Below are positions 39,697 through 46,281 of a stretch of 53,091 bases of DNA, piece after piece. Below the pieces are notes generated by a model, which searched no databases, had not been told where the DNA came from, and saw nothing but the letters and a program-made list of their open reading frames with translations. This DNA is from a virus (taxonomy: Duplodnaviria > Caudoviricetes). The translations under genes were made by a program, and so were the position numbers. The first letter of the stretch is position 1, and every line of letters begins with the position of its first letter. The stretch lies in IMG/VR virus record IMGVR_UViG_3300021963_000167, positions 1 to 53,091 of that record; one strand, 5' to 3'.

Positions 39697-40464
39697 TCAA
39701 ATTACGCGAGTTTTTTCATGTCCTACTCTGATACGAGGATCGCACCAGATTTGATATCCTTGCTCAATTGCATCAAGACAGAATGAGACATCTTCGCCAC
39801 ACATATCTTGAACTGCACCAGACTCAAAGACTTGCATCTTTGGAGCAAACCAAGGATACTCAAGATTCTCAAAGACTCCGTGCTTAATCAGAACCCAACC
39901 AAAGCCAGTGTAGTCAACTGTGAAAGGCTTTCTACGCTTGGAGATTGACTCCACAGTTTCATGATTCATCACACCACCGTTCTTACGGAAATCATCTTCT
40001 TCCAACCAGTGTGCGACAGAGGTTGTGTGTCCATCTTCAGTTGCATACCATCCTGCAACAATTTCACGCTCTTCTCCTTCTTCTGAAAGAGCAACATCAC
40101 AGAGTTGCCAGAACTTGTTAGAATCAAAAACAATATCACTATCAATCCAGAGTTGATAATCATATTGAAGTTTACCGTCCCAAGGAATCTGCTTCGGACC
40201 TCGGAGTACATTTGCTCCAAGTACCTTACAACGTGCGAAGTTAACCATCGATGAGTAATCTTGAGAAATCTGAATACTCATTCCATTTTGAACTAGATCA
40301 AAGCAAAGTTGTACAAATGCTTTGAGAAAAATAAAAGAACATCCTCTTCCAGGTAAACAGAAGATAATACTCTTTCCTCTCATTCTTTCTTTAATTGCAT
40401 CAAAATCCCATTCTTGTTCTTTGGGTTTTGGTGTTGCGGCTTTAACAGTAAATCCTTTTGCCAT
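39697..40464 (-). CDS. GT-A fold (GT2-like) glycosyltransferase
   Basis: NFARC, DxD motif in LWIDSDIVF, TGFGWVLIK, GEDVSFC, RVGHEK. Confidence 0.85.
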   Translation of the reverse strand: MAKGFTVKAATPKPKEQEWDFDAIKERMRGKSIIFCLPGRGCSFIFLKAFVQLCFDLVQNGMSIQISQDYSSMVNFARCKVLGANVLRGPKQIPWDGKLQYDYQLWIDSDIVFDSNKFWQLCDVALSEEGEEREIVAGWYATEDGHTTSVAHWLEEDDFRKNGGVMNHETVESISKRRKPFTVDYTGFGWVLIKHGVFENLEYPWFAPKMQVFESGAVQDMCGEDVSFCLDAIEQGYQIWCDPRIRVGHEKTRVI

Positions 40465-40488
40465 AAGTAAAAAATAACCTTCAGATCA

Positions 40489-40517
40489 ATTTTATCAGTT
40501 TATTTAGTATCTGTCAA
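40489..40517 (-). promoter_or_regulatory. sigma70-type promoter TTGACA-N17-TAAAAT with late-type CTAAATA in the spacer
   Basis: -35 at 40517-40512, -10 at 40494-40489, CTAAATA at 40507-40501. Confidence 0.7.
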
Positions 40518-40705
40518 TATGAAGAGTTTAATGGTATGAGTTTATTCACATACATCATTTCATATTGTAAGTCTTCCTTTGAAATATCAGCATCAAGTAA
40601 ATCAATCATTCTGTGTAGCATCTCCCAGATTTCAGAAAATTTTTCCTCTGAAAGATTGTGATACACACACCGATTCTTTGCATATATGTGATATATTTTT
40701 TCCAT
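40514..40705 (-). CDS. Hypothetical protein
   Basis: Track ORF MEKIYHIYAK...; collinear with neighbours. Confidence 0.7.
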   Translation of the reverse strand: MEKIYHIYAKNRCVYHNLSEEKFSEIWEMLHRMIDLLDADISKEDLQYEMMYVNKLIPLNSSY

Positions 40706-40728
40706 AAAATTTTTCCGGAAAATTTTTA

Positions 40729-40887
40729 TTATTTTGTCAACGCATTATATATCATCACTATGAGTATTCCAAGGGGGATTCCAATGAATCTGAACATCTT
40801 TCCAGGATAGCGTATCATCCATCCTGCAAAGACTACCTTCCAGAAATTCCAATAGGGCGTTCTTTGTGGGGTTCTGCGACTTATCAT
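40729..40887 (-). CDS. Small membrane protein (52 aa)
   Basis: Hand-translated MISRRTPQRTPYWNFWKVVFAGWMIRYPGKMFRFIGIPLGILIVMIYNALTK; hydrophobic C-terminal helix; CTAAATA at 40915-40921 upstream. Confidence 0.65.
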   Translation of the reverse strand: MISRRTPQRTPYWNFWKVVFAGWMIRYPGKMFRFIGIPLGILIVMIYNALTK

Positions 40888-41028
40888 AGTTCCGGAAAAA
40901 TTTTAAGAGGTTGATATTTAGAGGTCGATTTGTCACCTCTGTAGGTTAGGAGGGACCCAAAAAATAATATACGGGACAACGCCGCGTCGCGACAACAACA
41001 AACGCCCATAAAACACTGTCGAATCACT

Positions 41029-41070
41029 ATAATAACACTGGTGCCCCCCAGCGTCAACTAGAGGGCACAC
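41029..41070 (-). promoter_or_regulatory. sigma70-type promoter TTGACG-N17-TATTAT with the -35 in the loop of a GC-rich stem
   Basis: -35 at 41057-41052, -10 at 41034-41029; arms GTGCCCTCTAG / CTGGGGGGCAC. Confidence 0.7.
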
Positions 41071-41081
41071 AGTCAGTTACA

Positions 41082-41204
41082 TCAGAACTCTACATCTGCC
41101 TCCACACTATCATCAGCATCGGCTGCAATACTATCAAGAATCTGCAGAATTTCGTTGCCGTTGTTACCTTGTGCAAGAAGAGAAAGAAGAACTTGCTTAG
41201 ACAT
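41082..41204 (-). CDS. Hypothetical acidic peptide (40 aa)
   Basis: Hand-translated MSKQVLLSLLAQGNNGNEILQILDSIAADADDSVEADVEF. Confidence 0.6.
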   Translation of the reverse strand: MSKQVLLSLLAQGNNGNEILQILDSIAADADDSVEADVEF

Positions 41205-41277
41205 AATAAAGGAGAAAAGTGTTAGAAACTGTGTGTGAATTGAGTGTCTTTATAGAGGCGCATCTCATTCCTCTTGA

Positions 41278-41520
41278 TCATACCTTACTCTCTAGGACCT
41301 CACGATACATCTCAACGTTGAAAGGTTCGGGATAGGCAGTACAGAACTTGTCCACAGTGTCGATCATTTCGTAGGCAGCAACATTTGCATCCTCATCATA
41401 ATCATCTGTCTGTGTGCATTCTTGATAGTAACTGGTGTTCTTGGCGACATAGATCAGATCACGCAGTATCTTATATTCACTGTCGGTCAGAGTGAGAGTG
41501 ATCTTGGTGGAGATTTTCAT
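41278..41520 (-). CDS. Hypothetical protein
   Basis: Track ORF; ACACTTT leader like neighbours. Confidence 0.7.
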   Translation of the reverse strand: MKISTKITLTLTDSEYKILRDLIYVAKNTSYYQECTQTDDYDEDANVAAYEMIDTVDKFCTAYPEPFNVEMYREVLESKV

Positions 41521-41598
41521 TAAGAAAGTGTAAGAAACTGTGAGACTGGGAAGAGTATATTTAATGACCCCTCTGCCTAATGGGTCAGTATACCTTAC

Positions 41599-41757
41599 TC
41601 AGGCAGCGATAAGTTCACGATACTCTTCGAATTGCAGAAGTTCGCTATAGAAACTGTCATCGTTCGGAGTGCTCATCGTAGGAATGCGATTGATAGCATC
41701 ATAGCATTGCTGAACGATCTCATCAAAAGTATACTGAGAAGAAGGAACGTAGCGCAT
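41599..41757 (-). CDS. Hypothetical protein (52 aa)
   Basis: Hand-translated MRYVPSSQYTFDEIVQQCYDAINRIP...EEYRELIAA. Confidence 0.6.
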   Translation of the reverse strand: MRYVPSSQYTFDEIVQQCYDAINRIPTMSTPNDDSFYSELLQFEEYRELIAA

Positions 41758-41856
41758 GAGAGTGTGTGTTAAAGTGTGCTGTGAGAGATACAGTGTTGCC
41801 CCTGTGGCTGCCTTGTGGGATGTACTCTTAGCAATCCCACTGTCTGATACTAATTC

Positions 41857-42111
41857 CTAGAAATCGAACACATCAGAGTTAAGTTGAATCACGTTAACTT
41901 TCGGATCATCAAACCTCACACCGTCCTTAGTTTCCTTCACGCCATACTCTTCATAAAGACGATTTACCAGGGTTTCGTAATCACCACACTCAGCAGCAAG
42001 ATGATACAAACCCTCATCATTGTTGATCCACAGTGCAACGTTCCAGGTCTCATAATTCTCCCAACCATTATAGGAAACGTCGAGAGCATTACGTTGGAAA
42101 GTGGTAGTCAT
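41857..42111 (-). CDS. Conserved phage hypothetical protein (YNGWxNYETWNVALW type)
   Basis: Motif visible; start moved to MTTTFQ at 42111 to avoid overlap with the upstream gene. Confidence 0.75.
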   Translation of the reverse strand: MTTTFQRNALDVSYNGWENYETWNVALWINNDEGLYHLAAECGDYETLVNRLYEEYGVKETKDGVRFDDPKVNVIQLNSDVFDF

Positions 42112-42145
42112 TTTAGGAAAAGTGTGATGGTAAAGTGTAACGGAA

Positions 42146-42328
42146 TCAGGCGAACTTTTGCTCTTGAATACGCTCCCAGAGTTCCTCAATCTGTTTGTAG
42201 GTAAGCGTCACTTTCCCATCAAAATCCAGAAAGTCGTCTTCAGTTTTGCCGCACCAATCTTCAATACAATGCATCAGAAATTCTGCTTCTTCGAAGGTAA
42301 CGGAAACGGCAGGAGTTGCGGTGATCAT
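42146..42328 (-). CDS. Hypothetical protein
   Basis: Track ORF; TTACACTTTTCTCC leader. Confidence 0.65.
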   Translation of the reverse strand: MITATPAVSVTFEEAEFLMHCIEDWCGKTEDDFLDFDGKVTLTYKQIEELWERIQEQKFA

Positions 42329-42349
42329 TTGGAGAAAAGTGTAAGGAAT

Positions 42350-42526
42350 TCAGTTAGAAGTGAGACGGAAGATTGTGTTGATTTTTGCATCAATCGAATC
42401 TGCAATCTCAGACTCTTCATCACCATAATCGGCATAATCTTTCAGTGCGGAACTGATAGCGTCCCACTCTGCATCTGTGAAGAGTTGGCGATAGATGGAA
42501 GCGGAGAGGTTTTGGTTGGTGTTCAT
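42350..42526 (-). CDS. Hypothetical cassette protein (58 aa)
   Basis: MNTNQNLSASIYRQLFTDAEWDAISSALKDY...; ATG supplied by repeat copy 1. Confidence 0.7.
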   Translation of the reverse strand: MNTNQNLSASIYRQLFTDAEWDAISSALKDYADYGDEESEIADSIDAKINTIFRLTSN

Positions 42527-42554
42527 ACTACTGATGCACTTTCAGGGGCCCAGT
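42525..42554 (-). repeat. 30-bp intergenic element, copy 1 (exact)
   Basis: + strand ATACTACTGATGCACTTTCAGGGGCCCAGT. Confidence 0.97.
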
Positions 42555-42558
42555 AGTG

Positions 42559-42735
42559 TTAACTCAGACGGTCTTCGATATCATTGAGAACTGCAGCTAT
42601 GACCTCTGTGCTATCCTCACCGTTCTCCTCTAGTTGTTGCATTACGTCTTGCAACTGTGGTAGAATTGCGGTGACGATTTCAGGCACCCGAATCATCACT
42701 CCACTGCCCAAATTCTTATACTTTAGGGGTCTCAT
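42559..42735 (-). CDS. Putative small DNA-binding protein (ribbon-helix-helix-like), 58 aa
   Basis: MRPLKYKNLGSGVMIRVPEIVTAILPQLQDVMQQLEE...; basic arm, IRVP strand, then helices. Confidence 0.55.
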   Translation of the reverse strand: MRPLKYKNLGSGVMIRVPEIVTAILPQLQDVMQQLEENGEDSTEVIAAVLNDIEDRLS

Positions 42736-42787
42736 AGTTTTGATAGCATAACTGGGGGTATTTATGGGGGGTTATGCTATCAAAACT
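42736..42787. repeat. Perfect 17-bp inverted repeat enclosing a CATAAATA late-promoter motif
   Basis: AGTTTTGATAGCATAAC (42736-42752) / GTTATGCTATCAAAACT (42771-42787). Confidence 0.9.
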
Positions 42788-42799
42788 CAAAGTGCTGTT

Positions 42800-42973
42800 T
42801 TACCACCTTTCAGGGCAACTTAGGTCTTCGACATAAGCATCCACACGCTCAGCTGGTTCCAGTTGAAATAGTTTCTCCCAGTCAATCTGATGCGGGTCGA
42901 AGTCTGGAAACGCTGAAATATCCAAGGTCACTCTATAACGTACCTTCTGTGCTTGTTGAAATGCAACCGACAT
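42800..42973 (-). CDS. Hypothetical protein (57 aa)
   Basis: MSVAFQQAQKVRYRVTLDISAFPDFDPHQIDWEKLF...; AGGAG RBS and own promoter. Confidence 0.75.
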   Translation of the reverse strand: MSVAFQQAQKVRYRVTLDISAFPDFDPHQIDWEKLFQLEPAERVDAYVEDLSCPERW

Positions 42974-43002
42974 AAGTGTGCTCCTGAACGTGTTATCAGA
43001 CC

Positions 43003-43031
43003 ACTATAAGTCTTCTGGGGCAGAAAGTCAA
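43003..43031 (-). promoter_or_regulatory. sigma70-type promoter TTGACT-N17-TATAGT
   Basis: -35 at 43031-43026, -10 at 43008-43003. Confidence 0.75.
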
Positions 43032-43113
43032 GGTCTTGGGGGTATTTATGATGGCGTGGGTGTATTTTTGAGGGGTGTGTGAGGGTTTATGAACGTCCGG
43101 AGCGGGATTATAC

Positions 43114-43142
43114 TTGACGGAATCGCGTTTCTGTGTTAGCGT
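43114..43142 (+). promoter_or_regulatory. Possible sigma70-type promoter TTGACG-N17-TAGCGT with extended TG
   Basis: -35 at 43114-43119, -10 at 43137-43142; points into the DnaA-box cluster. Confidence 0.45.
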
Positions 43143-43203
43143 CGCCTAAGATAACGAGCCCCAGAGACATTTAAAGAGCACAAGTTCTCCACCATTTTAA
43201 CAG

Positions 43204-43259
43204 TTTTCCACACCTTTTTCCACACTTTTATTATACTTTTTCCACAGGGCTGTGGAATA
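43204..43259. promoter_or_regulatory. Cluster of cyanobacterial-type DnaA-box sequences
   Basis: TTTTCCACA at 43204, 43216, 43238; inverted 1-mismatch copy TGTGGAATA at 43251. Confidence 0.6.
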
Positions 43260-43285
43260 CTTAAGTCAGAAAATGCACACTTAAG

Positions 43286-43293
43286 TATAAATA
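43286..43293 (+). promoter_or_regulatory. Late promoter TATAAATA for the GIY-YIG gene
   Basis: Exact motif; overlaps inverted repeat ATACTTAAGT (43257-43266) / ACTTAAGTAT (43279-43288). Confidence 0.7.
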
Positions 43294-43319
43294 ACACAGG
43301 TATATTTTTTACGTTTTTG

Positions 43320-44336
43320 ATGGCATATATTTACTCAATCACCAACCTTGAAAGTAACAAACTCTATGTGGGTAAGACTAGCAAACCTAACCCCTATGAT
43401 AGATGGAAACAACATCTACAATTAGCAAGGAGTTTCAATAACTTACAAGAAAACAATTCTGCTCTCTCTATGCCTATACTTCGTGCTATCAGTAAATACG
43501 GAGCAGACAACTTTAAGTTTAGAGTGATTGAAGAATGTGATGATGATAAAGTAAATGAACGTGAAATGTATTGGATACAAAAACTAGAAGCAAATGGTAA
43601 GAATGGTTATAACATAACATTAGGTGGTGAAGGTATAAAGAAACCAAAAAAGTATTGGTCTAATCATCCTCATTCCAAAGCAGTAAGTTGTTATACATTA
43701 GAAGGTGAATGGATTAAAGACTATGAGAGTATAGGATTAGCAGTAGATGATGTAAGTGAAAAGAAAAAAGGTGGTCCCATTCGTGCTTGCATTAAGGGTA
43801 CAACATTTCAAGCATTTGGTTATAGGTGGAGTTGGAAAGGTGAGGAACTTAAGTTAATTGAAAAAAGAGTAAATGTTCGTGGTAATGTATATGGTATCAA
43901 TCCAACATTAGGACAAAAAAAGATGTGGAAGTCGATGGCAGATGCAGCAGAAGAAATAACTGGAAATCGTAAGAATAATGCAACTATTTCATACTCTTTA
44001 TGCAGTCCCAATCATAACAAATACCACGCTTATGATTGGTATTTTTTTAGAACAAAACCTACAAAATGGAAGGCAGCGGAGCATAAAGGATTTACAACTG
44101 AAAGTGCAAAGAAAGCAGGTAAAATAAGTGCAGAAAAAACTAAAAAACCTGTCTATGGAGTAAGTATTACAACGGGTGAAATTGTAGAGTTTGATAGCAT
44201 ATTAGCAGCTTCATATTTTATTAAAGGTGATGGAAATAAAAACGGAGTTGCTAACATTTGGAGTAACATTCAACGTATAAAGAACGGGCAAACTTGGTGT
44301 TATGCTTTTGGTTACAGATGGTATGAGAAGCAATAA
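43320..44336 (+). CDS. Free-standing GIY-YIG homing endonuclease (Seg-like) with repeated NUMOD1-like domains
   Basis: AYIYSITN...KLYVGKT, RWKQH, AISKYGADNF, REMYWI, NGYNIT.GG; three C-terminal repeats ending in GYRW-like motifs. Confidence 0.88.
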   Translation: MAYIYSITNLESNKLYVGKTSKPNPYDRWKQHLQLARSFNNLQENNSALSMPILRAISKYGADNFKFRVIEECDDDKVNEREMYWIQKLEANGKNGYNITLGGEGIKKPKKYWSNHPHSKAVSCYTLEGEWIKDYESIGLAVDDVSEKKKGGPIRACIKGTTFQAFGYRWSWKGEELKLIEKRVNVRGNVYGINPTLGQKKMWKSMADAAEEITGNRKNNATISYSLCSPNHNKYHAYDWYFFRTKPTKWKAAEHKGFTTESAKKAGKISAEKTKKPVYGVSITTGEIVEFDSILAASYFIKGDGNKNGVANIWSNIQRIKNGQTWCYAFGYRWYEKQ

Positions 44337-44365
44337 AAAAGCAGAGAATTACCAGTCCTCTGCTT
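44335..44365 (-). terminator. Rho-independent terminator at a convergent junction
   Basis: AAGCAGAG/CTCTGCTT stem followed by a T-run on the minus strand. Confidence 0.65.
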
Positions 44366-44454
44366 ATACACCCAACCACCATTTGATTGAATTATCTATA
44401 CTCTACGATGTAACTTTGTTGTATAGCAGAGGCAAACATCTTCCTCTTCATCTA

Positions 44455-44592
44455 TTAGACTTGTCCTCCTTGAATCAGTTGAATTGCATCACAGATTGAA
44501 CTTGTTTGACTATAACATTCACCTGTAGTTACATTGCATACAGCATACATGAGTTCACGAGAATGAATGTCGAAAGTATAACGAATGGTCAT
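44455..44592 (-). CDS. Hypothetical protein (45 aa)
   Basis: MTIRYTFDIHSRELMYAVC...; ATGA overlap with upstream ORF. Confidence 0.6.
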   Translation of the reverse strand: MTIRYTFDIHSRELMYAVCNVTTGECYSQTSSICDAIQLIQGGQV

Positions 44593-44732
44593 TGGATTTG
44601 AGAATTAGGAACTTCTTGAATTGTTTCTTGAATTGTGATAATTTGATTCGTTTGAGTAAGGTATTCAGTTTGCATTACATTCGGACCAATGATAGATTGA
44701 CCGACAATAGTTGCGACTAGGAGTTCAATCAT
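44589..44732 (-). CDS. Hypothetical protein (47 aa)
   Basis: MIELLVATIVGQSIIGPNVMQTEYL...; ATGA overlaps on both sides. Confidence 0.6.
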   Translation of the reverse strand: MIELLVATIVGQSIIGPNVMQTEYLTQTNQIITIQETIQEVPNSQIQ

Positions 44733-44905
44733 TGTGCGTTTTCAGAATAAAGAATGTCGTTCACTATTTGGCGAAACTTATCAGCATCAGTCACACATTC
44801 ATGAGATAATTGTGAATCTTCGATGTCGTATTGTTTCATCTCTAGCGTGTGAATCACGTCATTCATGATTTCAGTCAATGCGAAAAGTTTGTCTGCGTCA
44901 GTCAT
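44729..44905 (-). CDS. Hypothetical protein (58 aa)
   Basis: MTDADKLFALTEIMNDVIHTLEMKQY... Confidence 0.65.
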   Translation of the reverse strand: MTDADKLFALTEIMNDVIHTLEMKQYDIEDSQLSHECVTDADKFRQIVNDILYSENAQ

Positions 44906-45002
44906 TGAAAAAGTGTAGAATTAAAAGTGCAATTTGTTGATCACTGAATACATCTAACTCATCATCAGTGAATGTACTTAACAGAGAGAGAACTTGCGTC
45001 AT
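44898..45002 (-). CDS. Possible 34-aa peptide
   Basis: MTQVLSLLSTFTDDELDVFSDQQIALLILHFFND fills the gap between neighbours. Confidence 0.4.
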   Translation of the reverse strand: MTQVLSLLSTFTDDELDVFSDQQIALLILHFFND

Positions 45003-45008
45003 TAGGAT

Positions 45009-45320
45009 TCAGTCGAGTTTGATACCATTGTTGAAAGGAACATCACCATTGGATGTTGATACAAACCATTGATAGTTCTTTTGATAGACATACTCTCCAG
45101 ATCCATGAGTTTGGAGAATAGCATTGAGACGGGACTTTGTGGTGTTTGATTGATACCCGCCATCGAACAATTCAAGGAAAGTATCAGCAACCATTGCAAT
45201 CAGATTGTTATACAGATAAACGAAACTTACGCCTTCGATGTTAATGACTTTCGTATTGTCGCATTTCCAATCCTTTTCATTCAGGATTGCATCATTCATT
45301 TGTGATTCGATCTTACGCAT
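45009..45320 (-). CDS. Conserved phage hypothetical protein
   Basis: MRKIESQMN..., GGYQSNTTKSRLNAIL, VYQKNYQWFV. Confidence 0.8.
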   Translation of the reverse strand: MRKIESQMNDAILNEKDWKCDNTKVINIEGVSFVYLYNNLIAMVADTFLELFDGGYQSNTTKSRLNAILQTHGSGEYVYQKNYQWFVSTSNGDVPFNNGIKLD

Positions 45321-45363
45321 TTGTGGTTTGGGAAGTGTAATAAAGTGAGAAAGAGTTTGTGTA

Positions 45364-45570
45364 TCAGACCTTCATTTTTGCAAGGTCTTTCATACAGGAA
45401 GGCATCATCTCCTGAACGTACTCATAGAAGTAAGAGTTATTCATCGAAGATAATTGCTGACGCTCTGCTTCTTCACTTCCATCAACAAACTCTGACTCAG
45501 TATCAATCAGGCAGTCAATGTACCAGTCGATTAAGATTTGGCGTTGTGCTTTGGTGAGAAAGGTAGTCAT
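45364..45570 (-). CDS. Hypothetical cassette protein
   Basis: Starts 20 nt after repeat copy 2. Confidence 0.7.
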   Translation of the reverse strand: MTTFLTKAQRQILIDWYIDCLIDTESEFVDGSEEAERQQLSSMNNSYFYEYVQEMMPSCMKDLAKMKV

Positions 45571-45590
45571 TTTGTTTTGGTTGAGTGGTG

Positions 45591-45620
45591 ATACTACTGA
45601 TGCACTTTCAGGGGCCCAGT
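45591..45620 (-). repeat. 30-bp element, copy 2 (exact; followed by C, no ATG)
   Basis: Direct match. Confidence 0.97.
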
Positions 45621-45621
45621 A

Positions 45622-45783
45622 TCAGTAACGTTGGCGATCATGAATTGACTCATTCCATCCGTTACGATAGTATTCACGAGCATCATAATCTTCTGCGGTG
45701 AAATGATCATCGTGCTCGGGTTCTTCATAGTAAGCATCAAACTTAGAATACGATTCTCCTTTATAGAAACTGGTGGTAGTCAT
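45622..45783 (-). CDS. Hypothetical acidic Tyr-rich protein (53 aa)
   Basis: MTTTSFYKGESYSKFDAYYEEPEHDD...; stop 1 nt before copy 2. Confidence 0.65.
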   Translation of the reverse strand: MTTTSFYKGESYSKFDAYYEEPEHDDHFTAEDYDAREYYRNGWNESIHDRQRY

Positions 45784-45941
45784 TTGTGATTCTGAAAGTT
45801 GTTTGCGTTGTTTGTTTGAACTGCATTGATTGTCTGGTTCTGAACAAACCTAACTCCGTTGTCCAGAATAGGTGCAAGACCGTTAAAGCCTACCGTTCCG
45901 ACTGAAATACCAAGAACGGTTCCAAGTATAAAGGATTTCAT
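45780..45941 (-). CDS. Small membrane/signal-peptide protein
   Basis: MKSFILGTVLGISVGTVGFNGLAPILD...; start moved to ATG 45941. Confidence 0.65.
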   Translation of the reverse strand: MKSFILGTVLGISVGTVGFNGLAPILDNGVRFVQNQTINAVQTNNANNFQNHK

Positions 45942-45970
45942 TCTGCAATGTTGTAGTTTGAGATTAGAAA

Positions 45971-46243
45971 TCAAGCAAGAATTGGAGATTTGATGTTCAG
46001 AAATAGCATACGAATTGGTTGCTCTTGAATGTAAAAGAACACAGCATAATCGTCATCCAGTTCGATGTCTCCATCTACCTGTGAGAGATCAACATAATCA
46101 TTCCCATCATTGTCTGCGATGTAAGGATTATCGTCCGTATCATACCCTACAAAGTATAGCGTATCATTCGCACACACAGCATAAGCATTAGCAAGCAAAT
46201 TATGAAACTGATCGAGAGTAATTGTTTGAGTAGTTTGAGTCAT
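45971..46243 (-). CDS. Hypothetical protein
   Basis: Track ORF. Confidence 0.7.
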   Translation of the reverse strand: MTQTTQTITLDQFHNLLANAYAVCANDTLYFVGYDTDDNPYIADNDGNDYVDLSQVDGDIELDDDYAVFFYIQEQPIRMLFLNIKSPILA

Positions 46244-46281
46244 TTTGTGTGATTGTAGTTTGTGTTAAGTATAAAGGAGAA

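Noticed and set aside
8190-40220. Short alternate-frame minus ORFs inside genes (8190, 9771, 22676, 23603, 26989, 39969)
   Set aside because: Overlap confident CDSs for all or nearly all of their length; Leu/Gln-rich off-frame composition.
40745-40936. Track ORF MTNRPLNINLL
   Set aside because: GTG start inside a structured non-coding tract; the overlapping frame 40729-40887 gives a more protein-like membrane peptide with an ATG and upstream promoter motif.
40700-43316. tRNA genes in the intergenic GC-rich stretches
   Set aside because: No T-loop GTTCGA with cloverleaf spacing was found by eye; tRNAscan-SE would settle it.
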